63,931 nt of DNA, filler included, from Octopus bimaculoides (GCF_001194135.2; 6 parts of 5 records of this genome joined end to end with filler, not necessarily neighbours in it); one strand, 5' to 3'. Positions 14,345 through 26,626 are shown, counted from the first letter of the whole stretch. Program-made: numbers and translations. The notes: generated by a model from the sequence alone, not told the origin.

Positions 14345-14940
14345 AATTCTGCTCTGGTGGATGGGTTTTCTTGAGTACATCAATACACCAGGTACCTCAG
14401 TTCAGTCCTTAGTTATCTCCTTTGTGAGGCTCAGTGTCTTGAAATCGATCCTCAATACTTCATCCCCTGTCTTCCTAGGTCTCTTCCACAAGTTCCATCC
14501 ACTTTTGTATGTCTAACCCCAACCACTTACCAGAGTGTGCTGGGTGCTTTTTATGTGCCACCAGCACAGGTGCGTTAACACAGCATTGGCACAGGTGCCT
14601 TTTAAGTGGCACCGACACCTGAAAGGACAAGCCTGTATATGTAGAAAACAGGGATTTTGCTTATCTTGACATGTCTTATCAAGTACAGCAAATCGCCACA
14701 TCTCCCGGTCCCTTGTCATTTCCTCAATGAAACCCAGCATCCCATGTCTTCCTCCCTCCACAGGTACCCTCTGTCCACAATTAGGGCTTAGCATTTCGCT
14801 ATGTAGCTCTCTACATCCATATGAATCATACAACCAAACCACCATCGTCTTCTCTCTTGCATATGGCATCAAATTCCTCTTATGCCCAACTTTTCCATCA
14901 ATACCTGTACACTGATGTTTCTACATCCAGTGGAACATAC
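14345..14940 (-). mobile_element. Two decayed RTE-clade LINE 3' fragments (about 14345-14515 and 14655-14940)
   Basis: Minus-strand remnants VDGTCGR... and EEMTRDREMWRFAVLDKTCQDK resemble RTE RT C-termini. Confidence 0.55.
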
Positions 14941-17900
14941 TAGTTTCTTGTTGACTTACATGTGATATAAATTGATGTTATTTAACCCCAGGTGAGCCTT
15001 GATGTAGCAAACTTGTGATTAAAAATCTTCCAACCATGACCATCCTATCTGCTTTGAGGTTTAAGTCTATAACAACATCTTGCAATCTATCCTTTCATTT
15101 TTTAACCCTTTACCTGTCCTGCATATCACCTGTGCACCTGGTGTCCATGCATCGTATATGATGCACACTCACAATTTATTTCCACCACCAGATTAACTTG
15201 AGACTTATGAAAAGAAAGCTTTCTGTTACCGAGATCGTCTGAAACAAGGGCTGACTAAGAGTCTGAAAACAACAAGCATGGGTGTTTAGGACAAACTTAT
15301 GAAAATGGGGACAAGATGGTAACGTGTGATTTTTTAGTCTATTGCTGCTATTTGTAGCAGGCTGAGTGACCATAAACAAGTTTCCATATTAACTTATGGT
15401 TTGTTCATTCACTTAACAGCCAATTTTTTCCATGTTAGTATGGGTTAGATGAATACATATTATTGAGGTAATGTGTTACAGTTGAATACTCTTCCTGCCA
15501 CTCACCTTTATCTATTTTTCAAGTAAGGAGTTATCTTGTTTCACATGTCTTTGAAAGCACAAAGCCAGCTCATGGTTCTCTTAAAAGAAGTGACAAAGCA
15601 ACACCAATTGCTACCCGCAATTTTTGTAGAGCACAAATTTAAACAAACACAGGTAGGTCCACCCACACAAAGGGCTTATTTCAGTTTCCATCTTCCAAAT
15701 TTACTCATAATGCTTTGGTTAGTCCCAGGGCTACAAAAAAATGTACTTAATCAAGGTGCTACACATGGGATTGAACCCACAAACATATGGTTGTGAAGTG
15801 AACTTCTTAACCACACAGCCGTGCTTGCACCAGTTGGTGATATTATGATGGTCTCTTAGTATTTAATATTGGTATTGTTGTTGTATGGTTGTGGTTGGAC
15901 CGAGATACCTGGTGCCTTGCTGTACTGAAGAAGGCCCGTACTCCACAGCAAAAGTGTTAAGGCCTCTTCCCCTTGGTGAAGAGGATTGGCCTTCAAGAGC
16001 CCTGTGCTGGTGCCACGTAAAAAGCGATCATGCAATGCCATCTTAAAAGCACCCAGCACACTCTGTAAAGTGGTTGGCGTTAGAAAAGGCACCCAGCTGT
16101 AGGAACCATGCCAAATCAGACTGGAGCCTGGTGCAACCTTCCAGCGTACTAACCCCAGTCAAACCATCCAACCCATGCCAGCTTGGAAAATGGACACTAA
16201 ATGATGATGATGATGATGATATCCCAGCTCTATGTGAGGACTCCTACCTGTCATAGACAACAGTTGAAGGTTCCATAATTTCTTGGTAAACAAACGGTAC
16301 AGATGATTTATGCATAGTGGTCAAATGTTTGTCCTGTTCATTAGGTCACACCCGCCATCAAATCAACATTGCCTGACCAGGTGCACGGTGTACCACATGT
16401 CAGATGTCAAAATGATCATAGAATAATGTTAGATGAAGTGTTTTGCTCAAGAACACAACACACTGCCTGGTCTGGAAATCGAAACCATGATCACGAGATC
16501 ATGAGTACAACATCCTAACCATTGAACCACACATCTTCACTTTATGTGACACAGAAGCTGACCTAACACTACAGCAGCTCTAGATGATGTAAAGATAACT
16601 GTGGCTCCCATGCCGGTGGCACGTAGGGAGCACCATCCAAGCATGGCCAATGCCAGTACTGGCCTTCATGCCAGTGGCACGTAAAAAGCACCCACTATAG
16701 TCTTGGAGTGGTTGGTGTTGGGAAGGGCATCCAGCTATAGAAACCTAGCCAGATCAGATTGGAGCCTGGTGCAGCCTTTTGGCTCGCCAGCATGGAAAGT
16801 GGACGTTAAACGATAATGATGGTAGGGTAGGTTTGAGAGGTCAGATCTGACCAGTTTGAAAATAAAACAGACAGAGTATTTTGGCTGGATATGGCTTATT
16901 TAAATGCCAAATTCTGCATGACACAGAGGGGGTTGATCTCATCTAATTAACTTTTATGAATGGTTGCTTCCTTCTTGTGTGTCTGGAGTTTTAGGACTTT
17001 AAACATCTCACTCCTGTTCTGAAGATGGTAAGAGTTTTCTGAAGAAGAATTAATTTAGCTCAACTTTTAACATTCTGTTTTTAGTTTTGTGTGAAAACCT
17101 GTTGACCTTGGTAGAACTTGAACTCAGAACACATGAAGCCAAAATGTTAACCACAAATCACTTCAAATGATGTTCAAAATTTCAGTGATGTGGTTGTTTT
17201 TTTTTAAAATTACATTGTAGGGTAGGTTTGAGAAGTCGGATCTGGCCAGCTTGAATATAAAACAAACAGAATATTTTGGCTGGATATGACTTATTTAAAT
17301 GCCAAAGAGTTAAGTTCTCCTGTGAAAGAATTCAGTTTCTAAGAACAATTTTGGATCTGGATTTTGGATTTAACTCCTATTATAGAAATACAATGGGTCT
17401 TTAATAAATTTTGCCATGATAAACTTCACAATATTTTACAATAGAATTTTTATTTCGTTTTATTTATTCTTTTGTGTTACATTTTGTATTCCAACAAAGC
17501 TTCAACCTAAAAAAAGGAAATGTTTTGTATCTTAATTGAGTTTATTTCTTTTAAAAAGGTCATTTGTTAAGTTGCTTTAGGTGTTCAGTCTTTTAGTTTC
17601 ACCTCCAACATGTTTTCAGATTCTTGAAATGGTAAACAAAGCTATTTTTCTTCTATATTAATTCACTTTTTATAGCCTTTTGATAAAAACTGGGTTTTTT
17701 TTTAGTTTGTGAAATTTGCCTCACGCCTAATTGTTTGTAACTTTTTCAATAAAGAATGTTTCTAAAAAGCCACACGGGCATAGATATAGCCTTCAACTTT
17801 ATTGATGCCAACTCTCCTTAGACCTCCCCTTGTCCTACAGTACAAACTTCCTGTTTTAAACTCATGTGAATTGAAATCCACAAACATTTCATTTACATTT

Positions 17901-18536
17901 ACATTCCAAAAACCAGCTTAACCTTTGCCTATCCAAAGTAATCTCATAAGTTTGTCCTAAACATCCACGTTTGTTTTCGGACTTTTAATTTAGTCCTTGT
18001 TTCTGAGTAACATAAAGCTTTCCTTTCTTAAGTCCCAAGTTGAAAAAAATTGGGTATCTGTATCAGATATGATACACAGATGCCAAAGAAATATGTCTTG
18101 TGTGTTAAATGCTCTACACTAGAAAGGTAAAGGGTTAGGAATGAAGTTGTTTTACTCAATTCTTCATTATTTTCAAAATTAATAGTGTAGCAAACTCATA
18201 AGAGGCGGAGAGAGAACATAATTTCTCATTGGTTGAAAATTATTGTCCATATACGAATTCTGAACTTCGTTGAAGGAGTTTTTCACGTGGATTCGTGTAT
18301 GAACAGTTATATAAATCCTGATTTTCGGCAAACTCTCCAGTGATCGTTGGACGGCCACTCAAATCCACGACAATAGAAACAAATGCAGTGTATTCCTATA
18401 GGAATATGGCAACAAGAGGAATAACTCTTTTGATACCAACCTGTCTGTGACTGCCCCTGAGTCTATGATACAAATATCCTGCTTTGAAAACGATCTCAAA
18501 ATTCCATGTTAATTTATGTTGCAAACACCACATTAA

Positions 18537-19066
18537 CCCTTTGTGGGTCAGCAGGGTTGGAATTACACAAAAGGCCATTAGGGGGCTCCATTTTATTTTC
18601 ACGCATTTCTGCACTATCCATAAAGTAATATTTGTTTAACCTTGTATATATGGGTGAGTGCATGATGCAGAATAAGAAATTTAGAACATTTTTTTTATAG
18701 TTTTATAAACTATACATATAGCACTAAATATAAAATAAAACAAAAAGAATAAAAGAAAAAAATGTATATCGATTCATACCAGTACAAATACGAAGAAAAT
18801 TGACTTATAGTTCATCAGAATATCTGAAGAAAGAACAGAAAAAATAATTTCACAGAAGGCCAATGGGAAGCAGCTGGAACCCCAATGACCATTTTGTGCT
18901 ATAAAACCCTTGTGACTAGAAATTTGTAACTCAATATTTGTATGTGCATACGTAAACTATTGACAATAAAAGTCATGAGATATCACTTAGATAAAAAAAA
19001 ATGTAAAAGTTGCATAACTTTTAAAATTTGCTGTGGTTCCAAGGGACCCCGCTGGCCCAGGAAGGG
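18537..19066. mobile_element. piggyBac-like non-autonomous element
   Basis: TTAA on both sides (18533-18536 and 19067-19070); termini CCCTTTGTGGGTCAGCAGGG and, as reverse complement, CCCTTCCTGGGCCAGCGGGG. Confidence 0.75.
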
Positions 19067-19177
19067 TTAATAATGACAGAGTTATTTTACTAAATTTTTC
19101 AGTAGTTTCAAAATTAATTGAAACAAATAGTGTTCTTCACAACTGCTTAACCTCCCAAGTTAACCTGTTATATCTAC

Positions 19178-19241
<64 letters not shown>

Positions 19242-20016
19242 GTTGTTGTTGTTGTTATTGAGGCAGCAAGCTGACAGAGTCATTAACACACCGGGAAAAA
19301 TACTTTCATCTGCTGCTACTTTCTGAGTTCAAATTCCGCCTAGGTCATCTTTTTAAGTACCAGTTGTGTACTGGGGTTGATCTAGTTGACTGGCTCCCTC
19401 CCCCAAAATTTCTGGCCTTATGCCTAGAGTAGAAAAGATTATTATTATCATTTCAATTCTGTTGGGAGATTCCTGTTTTTTGTTCATTTTTTTATTTCAT
19501 TTTTCTGCACATCAATAGCATCAGAAGAATGCGTTTACATTCCTGTTTAACCCACAGTAGGGCTTTGTAATATAAATATAAATTTATCCCAGTATTTTTG
19601 ATTGATGCTGTGTTATGCATCTTTAGAAGCAGCCTTCAGCCACAAACAAGAATTACTTGGTAACATGTACCAAGCTATCAGTAACTGTTTTAAGTACCTG
19701 TATAATCATGTACAGACATGGGGCACTTTCTTAACCCTCTTGCTCTTTGATCTCTGACCCAGCTGGAGGGAGAGAAATAAAGTATCTTGCTCAAGGACAC
19801 AATGTGGCACCCAGTCCAGGAATTGAACCCTTGACATCATGACTGTCAACCGGACCACCTTAACCACTAGGCTATGGCACCTTCAGATATTGCACGTAAT
19901 ATATGTGGGTGGGGAGGGAAGGAGGTTGGTTTGATTTTTGATGGATTGGATTTGATTGAACTTGGTTGCATTTCGTCATTCACTCATGATTTTTTGTTTT
20001 TCAATTTTATTTGCAG

Positions 20017-20116
20017 AGCAATAAAATTAGATTGTAATAATGCAGCCAGTCCTGACCGATATGGACATTATAGAGAAGCAAAATATTGCCAAACTAAGCA
20101 CCATTGGCTTTGGAAA
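20017..20116 (+). CDS. MGAT2: MGAT2 (alpha-1,6-mannosyl-glycoprotein 2-beta-N-acetylglucosaminyltransferase, GT16) internal coding exon
   Basis: Acceptor ttttatttgcag and donor AAA|gtaagt. Translates to AIKLDCNNAASPDRYGHYREAKYCQTKHHWLWK, matching human ALKLGCINAEYPDSFGHYREAKFSQTKHHWWWK. A NAGNAG alternative start at 20019 is possible. Confidence 0.93.
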
Positions 20117-20178
20117 GTAAGTAGAATCTGCCATTTCCATAAGACATTATTTTGTCACAGAAACAGTCTATGTTTTGT

Positions 20179-20211
<33 letters not shown>

Positions 20212-22191
20212 TTATGTATATATGTATTTATTTATATGTGTATGTATATCTTAATGTTTTTTTTTTTATGTGACGTTATAAATAAAAACAATTTTATGTT
20301 AATGAGCACTAACAGATTGAAATTTAGAAATCACTTTTACCATTTTCCTTCTAAGAATATTACACACATAAATATGTATGTGTGTGTGTGTGTGTGTATC
20401 ATGCTGGTGTCATGTTAAAAGCACTGGCACTGGTACCATATAAAAATCACCCAGTACACTCAATGGAGTGACTGGCTTTAGGAAGGGCATCCTGTCATAG
20501 AAACCATGCCAGAACATACAATAGGGCCTGGTGCAGCCTCTGATCTTACCAGCTCTGGTCAAACTGTCCAACCCATGCCAGCATGGAAAACTGATGTTAA
20601 ATGATGACGATAATCATCATCATCATCATCATCATCGTTTAACGTCCGCTTTCCATGCTAGCATGGGTTGGACGATTTGACTGAGGACTGGTGAAACCGG
20701 ATGGCAACACCAGGCTCCAGTCTGATTTGGCAGAGTTTCTACAGCTGGATGCCCTTCCTAACGCCAACNNNNNNNNNNNNNNNNNNNNNNNNNNNNNNNN
20801 NNNNNNNNNNNNNNNNNNNNNNNNNNNNNNNNNNNNNNNNNNNNNNNNNNNNNNNNNNNNNNNNNNNNNNNNNNNNNNNNNNNNNNNNNNNNNNNNNNNN
20901 NNNNNNNNNNNNNNNNNNNNNNNNNNNNNNNNNNNNNNNNNNNNNNNNNNNNNNNNNNNNNNNNNNNNNNNNNNNNNNNNNNNNNNNNNNNNNNNNNNNN
21001 NNNNNNNNNNNNNNNNNNNNNNNNNNNNNNNNNNNNNNNNNNNNNNNNNNNNNNNNNNNNNNNNNNNNNNNNNNNNNNNNNNNNNNNNNNNNNNNNNNNN
21101 NNNNNNNNNNNNNNNNNNNNNNNNNNNNNNNNNNNNNNNNNNNNNNNNNNNNNNNNNNNNNNNNNNNNNNNNNNNNNNNNNNNNNNNNNNNNNNNNNNNN
21201 NNNNNNNNNNNNNNNNNNNNNNNNNNNNNNNNNNNNNNNNNNNNNNNNNNNNNNNNNNNNNNNNNNNNNNNNNNNNNNNNNNNNNNNNNNNNNNNNNNNN
21301 NNNNNNNNNNNNNNNNNNNNNNNNNNNNNNNNNNNNNNNNNNNNNNNNNNNNNNNTATATATATATATATATTTAGATTTAGATTCAAAATTGAATATGG
21401 TACTTATGTTTAGGCACCAGAATATAGTATGGTATTATCAAAAAACCATTCTAAAAGCATATATATATATATATATATATATATTTATGTATGTATTTGT
21501 GTGTCTATGTTTGTCCTACCACCACTGCTTGACAACCAATGTTGGTGTGTTCACATCCCCGCAACTTAGCCGTTTGGCAAAAGGGACTGAAAGAATAAAT
21601 ACTAGGCTTACAAAGAACAAGTCCTGGACTTGATTTGTTTGACTAAAGGCAGTGCTCCAGCATGGCCACAGTCAAAATGGCTGAAACAAAAGAATCGAAT
21701 ACCTGTGTAGAACAGCACCTTAACCCTTTAACTACCAAGACTGACCGTTTTGAGATGCTATTTGAAGTAAAAGCTTCAATTTACTTATCATCATTATTTA
21801 CATTTGACTGATATTTGTCCTCATTTTGTTTGTTGTTAACACAACGTTTTGGCTGTGGTAGGTTATACAAAGGCGAAACATGCCGCCCCTCAAAATAAGG
21901 GTAGAGGAACATCGCAAAGCTGTGACACGAGGAGATATTAATAAATCAGGTATAGTTGATCATTTGTGGAAAAATGGAGACCACCTCTCCCTGTGGGATG
22001 AAGTTAAAATAATAGACAGGGAACAACACTGGAAAATACGAAAACTAAAAGAAGCAGCACATATGCTAGGACACAACAACCTCCTAAGCAGACAGAGTGC
22101 AGATATGAGTAGCATATAGGAACTGGTATTAAGGAAGGATAGGAAAATATTAGATTTATAAGCCCTAAAATTCACTCCATAGTTGCCCACA

Positions 22192-22252
22192 GGTATATAG
22201 TGTAGTGGTTAAGAACACAGGCTAGTAACCCCAAGATTCCAAGTTCGATTCC
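22192..22252 (+). promoter_or_regulatory. Degenerate tRNA-like segment (Pol III A and B boxes) inside the Penelope 3' region
   Basis: A box TAGTGTAGTGG at 22198-22208 and B box GTTCGATTCC at 22243-22252. The anticodon and T stems do not pair well, so this is not a functional tRNA. Confidence 0.55.
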
Positions 22253-22324
22253 AATAACAATAATAATAATGATAACATTGAAAAATACCTTAGGAATGAG
22301 AACCAAGGTTTGAAATTTTCCCAA

Positions 22325-22370
22325 GACAACTGACGAAGGCTGGAGGGTATATCAGCTGAAACGTTGTGTT
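22325..22370 (+). ncRNA. Minimal type-I hammerhead ribozyme motif in the Penelope terminal repeat
   Basis: gacaa-CTGACGA-a-ggctg[gagggtatat]cagct-GAAA-C-GT-T-gtgtt. Helix III is the palindrome ACGT. Helix I has one mismatch next to the core in this copy. Confidence 0.65.
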
Positions 22371-22487
22371 GACAACAAACAAGATGAGGACAAATATCCG
22401 TCAAGTGTAAATAATGTAAATAATGAAAATGACACATATAAGACGTAACATCTGTTTCAACTCAAAATATTACATCAAGAATCATGC

Positions 22488-22524
<37 letters not shown>

Positions 22525-22865
22525 CAACTATTTATTATTGTTAAAAGTGGCAAACTGGCAGAATCGTTAGCAAGCTGGGTAAAATGCTTAGCAACATTTC
22601 ATCTGTCTTTACATTCTGCCAAGGTCAACTTTGCCTTTCATCCTTTCAGTATCGATAAATAAGTACCAGTCGAATACTGGGGTTAATGTGATCGACTATT
22701 CCCTCCTCCAAAATTGCTGGCCTAGTGCCAAAATTTGAAACCATTATGCTTATTTGTATTGTTAAGGTTGGGAGTGGCATTAGGGTTGATGTAATCGACT
22801 AGCCTCTTGCCCCCAAAATGTCATGCCTTTTGCCTATAGTTGAATGCATTGTTATAATTATCATT

Positions 22866-23667
22866 GAGTGACTGAGCAGTGCATAAAGTGACACTGGGGT
22901 ACAAATATATGAAGCTCAGTATATCCATCGTAACTACCTGTCTGATAAGGGTACACCAGGTACATACATCACAACCATATGTGCTCGCCATATTGATCTC
23001 ATACCATGACATACAGTGTATGACCTTGCAGGTGAGACCCAATTAGAATTTTCTTCAGGTTGAGTAGCCCATCCTGCTCAAAAGGTCCTTGAATAAGGGT
23101 TGTTTAAGGATGAACAAAAAACACCCATTGTTTCCAGAGTTGAATTATTCAAATCCAAAGAATTCCTCTCAACACATGGCTATGATGCTTCCCCTACTAC
23201 TTCTGCTCCTGATCAGAGATGCCCATATTGTCAGCCACCAAGGGACATGCTCAACTGGTTAAGGTCAAACAACTGACAAGCAAATCTGTGGTATTGAGCA
23301 GAATATTTGCTGTAGCCCATCTTTTACACCAAAATAAAACAATGTACATGATAATACTTCCAATCAGTTAAGATCAGAAGTCATAAGTCACTGCCTGGTA
23401 CTACACCAGGACAGCATTATTATTGAGTGAGAGAGCAGTGCATGCCATCAAATGTACGAATCCCAGTATATTCTTCATGACTACCCGTTTGATAAGGGTA
23501 CACCAGGCATATGCATCACAACCATATATGTGTGTGACATAGTGATCTCATATCAAGATAAACAGCACATGACCTTGCAGGTGGGACCCAGTTTTTCTTC
23601 AGGTTGAGTAGCCCATCCCACTCAAAAGGTCCCTGAATAAGGTTTGTTTAAGAATATTGAACAAAAC
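22866..23667 (-). mobile_element. Tandem full-length (22866-23416) and truncated (23425-23667) copies of the ~560-bp AAT-flanked element
   Basis: Collinear with 36722-37277; the two copies are joined through ATT triplets. Confidence 0.8.
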
Positions 23668-24612
23668 AGTGTCTGTCTTTGTTCTGAGTTCAAATTCTGC
23701 CATAGTCAACTTCGCTTTTTATCCAATCAAATAGCCCTTCCCTAAATTCCAGGCCTTAAGAAACCATCACTAATTATTATTATTATTATTATTATTGGGC
23801 TTGCGAAGACTTATTGGGGCAAGCGAAAGCGAAACCGTCAATGGCACTTGTACCCAGCATCGCCTTCCTGGCACTTGTGCCAGATGGCACGTGTAAAGAC
23901 ATTCGAGCGAGATCGTAGCCTGTGCCGCCGAACTGGCTCCTGTGCAGGTGGCACGTAAAATACACCATTTTGAGCGTGGCCATTGCCAGTACCGCCTGAC
24001 TGGCTTCGTGCCGGTGGCACGTAAAAGCACCCACTACACTCTCGGAGTGGTTGGCGTTAGGAAGGGCATCCAGCTGTAGANNNNNNNNNNACCGCCTGAC
24101 TGGCCTTCGTGCCGGTGGCACATAAAAGCACCCACTACACTCTCGGAGTGGTTGGCGTTAGGAAGGGCATCCAGCTGTAGAAACTCTGCCAAATCAGATT
24201 GGAGCCTGGTGTAGCCATCTGGTTTCACCAGTCCTCAGTCAAATCGTCCAACCCATGCTAGCATGGAAAGCAGACATTAAATGATGATGATGATCATCAT
24301 CATCATCATTATAACATGAAGGCACTCAGCCTAGTGGTTGGGTGTTGCACCCATGATCACCAAATCATGGGTTTGATTCCAGGAGTGAGTGGTGTGTTGT
24401 GTTCTTGAGCAAAACACTTCATTCCATGTTGTTCTGTGATCATTTCAACTTGCGACATATGGCACTTTTGTGCACCTGATGGGGAGAGTGAGTTAATGTA
24501 CAGCACGAACGTTTGATCCCTATAAACAAACCATTTGTGCAGGTCATTCAGGAAACACTGAACTCTCATATGTCACCTTTGACGGGAGAGTCCATCTCTG
24601 TTATTGTTATTA

Positions 24613-24653
<41 letters not shown>

Positions 24654-24907
24654 AAGGTAATGAGCTAGCAGAATCTTTAGTCTCAGACAAAATTCCGAGC
24701 ACTATGTCTTCTCTCTGAAGTCAACTTTGCTTTTCGTGTTTTTATGAGAATAATCTTAAGTCCCAGGCAAGTGCTGGGGTTGTTGATATCCACTAAGGCA
24801 CACCACCCTCAAAATTGCTGACCTTGACCCTAAATCAGAAACCATTATGTGTGAGTGAGTGTGTCTGTGTGTGTGTGTATACATGCTGTCTTCATGTGTT
24901 TCATTAA

Positions 24908-25133
24908 CCCTTTAGTGTTTAAACCGGCCATATCTGGCCCAGATATTTCTTCTGTTTTATGTTCGAACTGGCCTGATCTAACCTCTCACAACTACCCTAC
25001 AATGCCATTCTAAAAATAGACAATAACAGCATCAAAATCTCAAAGTTATGAGACAATATATTATTAATTCAAAACAATATGAATATGAATAAATAAGTTT
25101 TACATTTGACAGAGTAATTTGAACACTAAAGGG
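24908..25133. mobile_element. piggyBac-like MITE
   Basis: TTAA-CCCTTTAGTG ... CACTAAAGGG-TTAA. Partial relatives at about 16820-16910, 17200-17315 and 29390-29610. Confidence 0.85.
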
Positions 25134-25176
25134 TTAAACTGAAATTTAAATCAAGCTTGTTTTTCCTTCTTTTCAG

Positions 25177-25307
25177 TTATCTTTTGTATTTGAGGAAATC
25201 CGAGTGATGAAGAACTACGAAGGAATAGTATTACTTCTAGAAGAGGATTATTATGTATCAGAAGACACAATCACCGTGTTACAGATGTTACAAAACCTCA
25301 GGAAAAA
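25177..25307 (+). CDS. MGAT2: MGAT2 next coding exon, carrying the EED metal-binding motif
   Basis: Acceptor ttttccttcttttcag and donor AA|gtcagt. The phase-0 start is compatible with the previous exon. Translates to LSFVFEEIRVMKNYEGIVLLLEEDYYVSEDTITVLQMLQNLRK, versus human LHFVWERVKILRDYAGLILFLEEDHYLAPDFYHVFKKMWKLKQ. Confidence 0.93.
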
Positions 25308-26120
25308 GTCAGTGAATTCTCATATTCTATTCGTTCTTTAGATGTCTCCCACCCCAGCTTTCATTGCCCTCTTTCTTACAGGTATTGGATATTACGTTAA
25401 CCAAGATAGTTTCCCTGTATTGGTCATTCCTCTAACATCTTCCAGAGCCACTGGCATGTCCAAATGAGTAATAAAAAGCTTGTTTTGATGTCTTGTGTTC
25501 CTACGTTTCACACCCTGTAATAACAGCACATTGGTTTTTTGCTGAACCATGACACACAGATCTTAGCTGCAGTCAAATTGTGGTTATTTGAGCTGCTAAA
25601 AATAACTGCCAATTCTTCCATGCTAATGAAGAACTATTTATGTAGTTGCTTGATATATTAAAAACAGCAATCTAATGCAGGAGCTTCTACTTAGATGCTC
25701 AGTCTGCTAGAAAGAGCAGCCAAAACTCCTTGAAATCACTTTCTCCTATTATATAGAAACAAAAATATGAATTACTGATTAAAGCCGTCCCAAATAGGCT
25801 GACGGAAGGTTGTGGCGACAGCATATGAGGTGGTCAAGACTGGAGTGCCTTTGTTCATGGGTTTACTCAATCAGGGCTCACCTTGGGCTAAACGACTCCA
25901 CAGATTGTTGTGTGTGAAACTGGGTGGACAATGAAAACCTATCATAGCTGTGTGTGTGTAAGTCAGTGTGTGCATGTTTTGGGTGTATATATATGTGTAT
26001 GTATGTGTGTGTGTGTGTGTGTGTGTGTGCATATGAATGTATGTGTATGTGTTTGCATGTGTGTGTGTGTGCATATATACATGTATACGCATGTGTATAT
26101 ATATAAATAAAAGAAAAGAA

Positions 26121-26226
26121 AATGGAGATAAGGAAGTTAATAATTGTTTACAATTAACAAACTGGTCGTCTTTGAAGATGACCAGTTTGTTAATAATAAA
26201 CAATTATTAACTTCCTTATCTTCATT
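26121..26226. repeat. About 45-bp-arm inverted repeat (hairpin)
   Basis: gataaggaagttaataattgttta..attaacaaactggtc pairs with gaccagtttgttaat..taaacaattattaacttccttatc. Confidence 0.85.
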
Positions 26227-26472
26227 TAACTGGATATAAGCTATATGCTTAATATAAACCTATTGTTTTAAGGGAATTTCATTCCCTAACAATACCAGGT
26301 TTTGAACCAGTATTTCCTTGGATGCAACCATCCTTTCATGAGGTTAACATATCCTCTCATTAAATTTATATATATATATAAATTAAAGAGGTCTTAGGCC
26401 AACAGGTCTTGGGGTCTGACAATAAACCATAAAGTTAAACCCAGAGTAACCCCATAAACCAGCCTTCTAATT

Positions 26473-26523
<51 letters not shown>

Positions 26524-26581
26524 CATATATATATATATATATGACATATATATATATATATGACATATATATATATATGCA

Positions 26582-26626
<45 letters not shown>

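Larger units (their letters stand above)
21783..22425 (+). mobile_element. 5'-truncated Penelope-like element: GIY-YIG endonuclease remnant and 3' terminal repeat, with an inverted copy of the terminal repeat at the 5' junction
   Basis: GCGRLYKGETCR, then a -1 frameshift, then PLKIRVEEHRKAV...IVDHLWKNGDH...WDEVKIIDREQHWKIRKLKEAAHM (21851-22116). 21783-21855 is the reverse complement of about 22353-22415. Confidence 0.85.

Noticed and set aside
22192-22252. Possible tRNA gene
   Set aside because: The anticodon, T and acceptor stems do not pair; only the A and B boxes remain.
23877-24031. Twister or pistol ribozyme in the GGCACGTAAAA repeats
   Set aside because: Only a superficial UAAAA similarity; the required conserved segments are absent. 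Reported as a plain pseudoknot instead.
25342-25470. Possible next MGAT2 exon immediately after 25307
   Set aside because: The intron would be only 34 nt, and neither frame shows the conserved C-x2-C...LSLGTY pattern before a stop.
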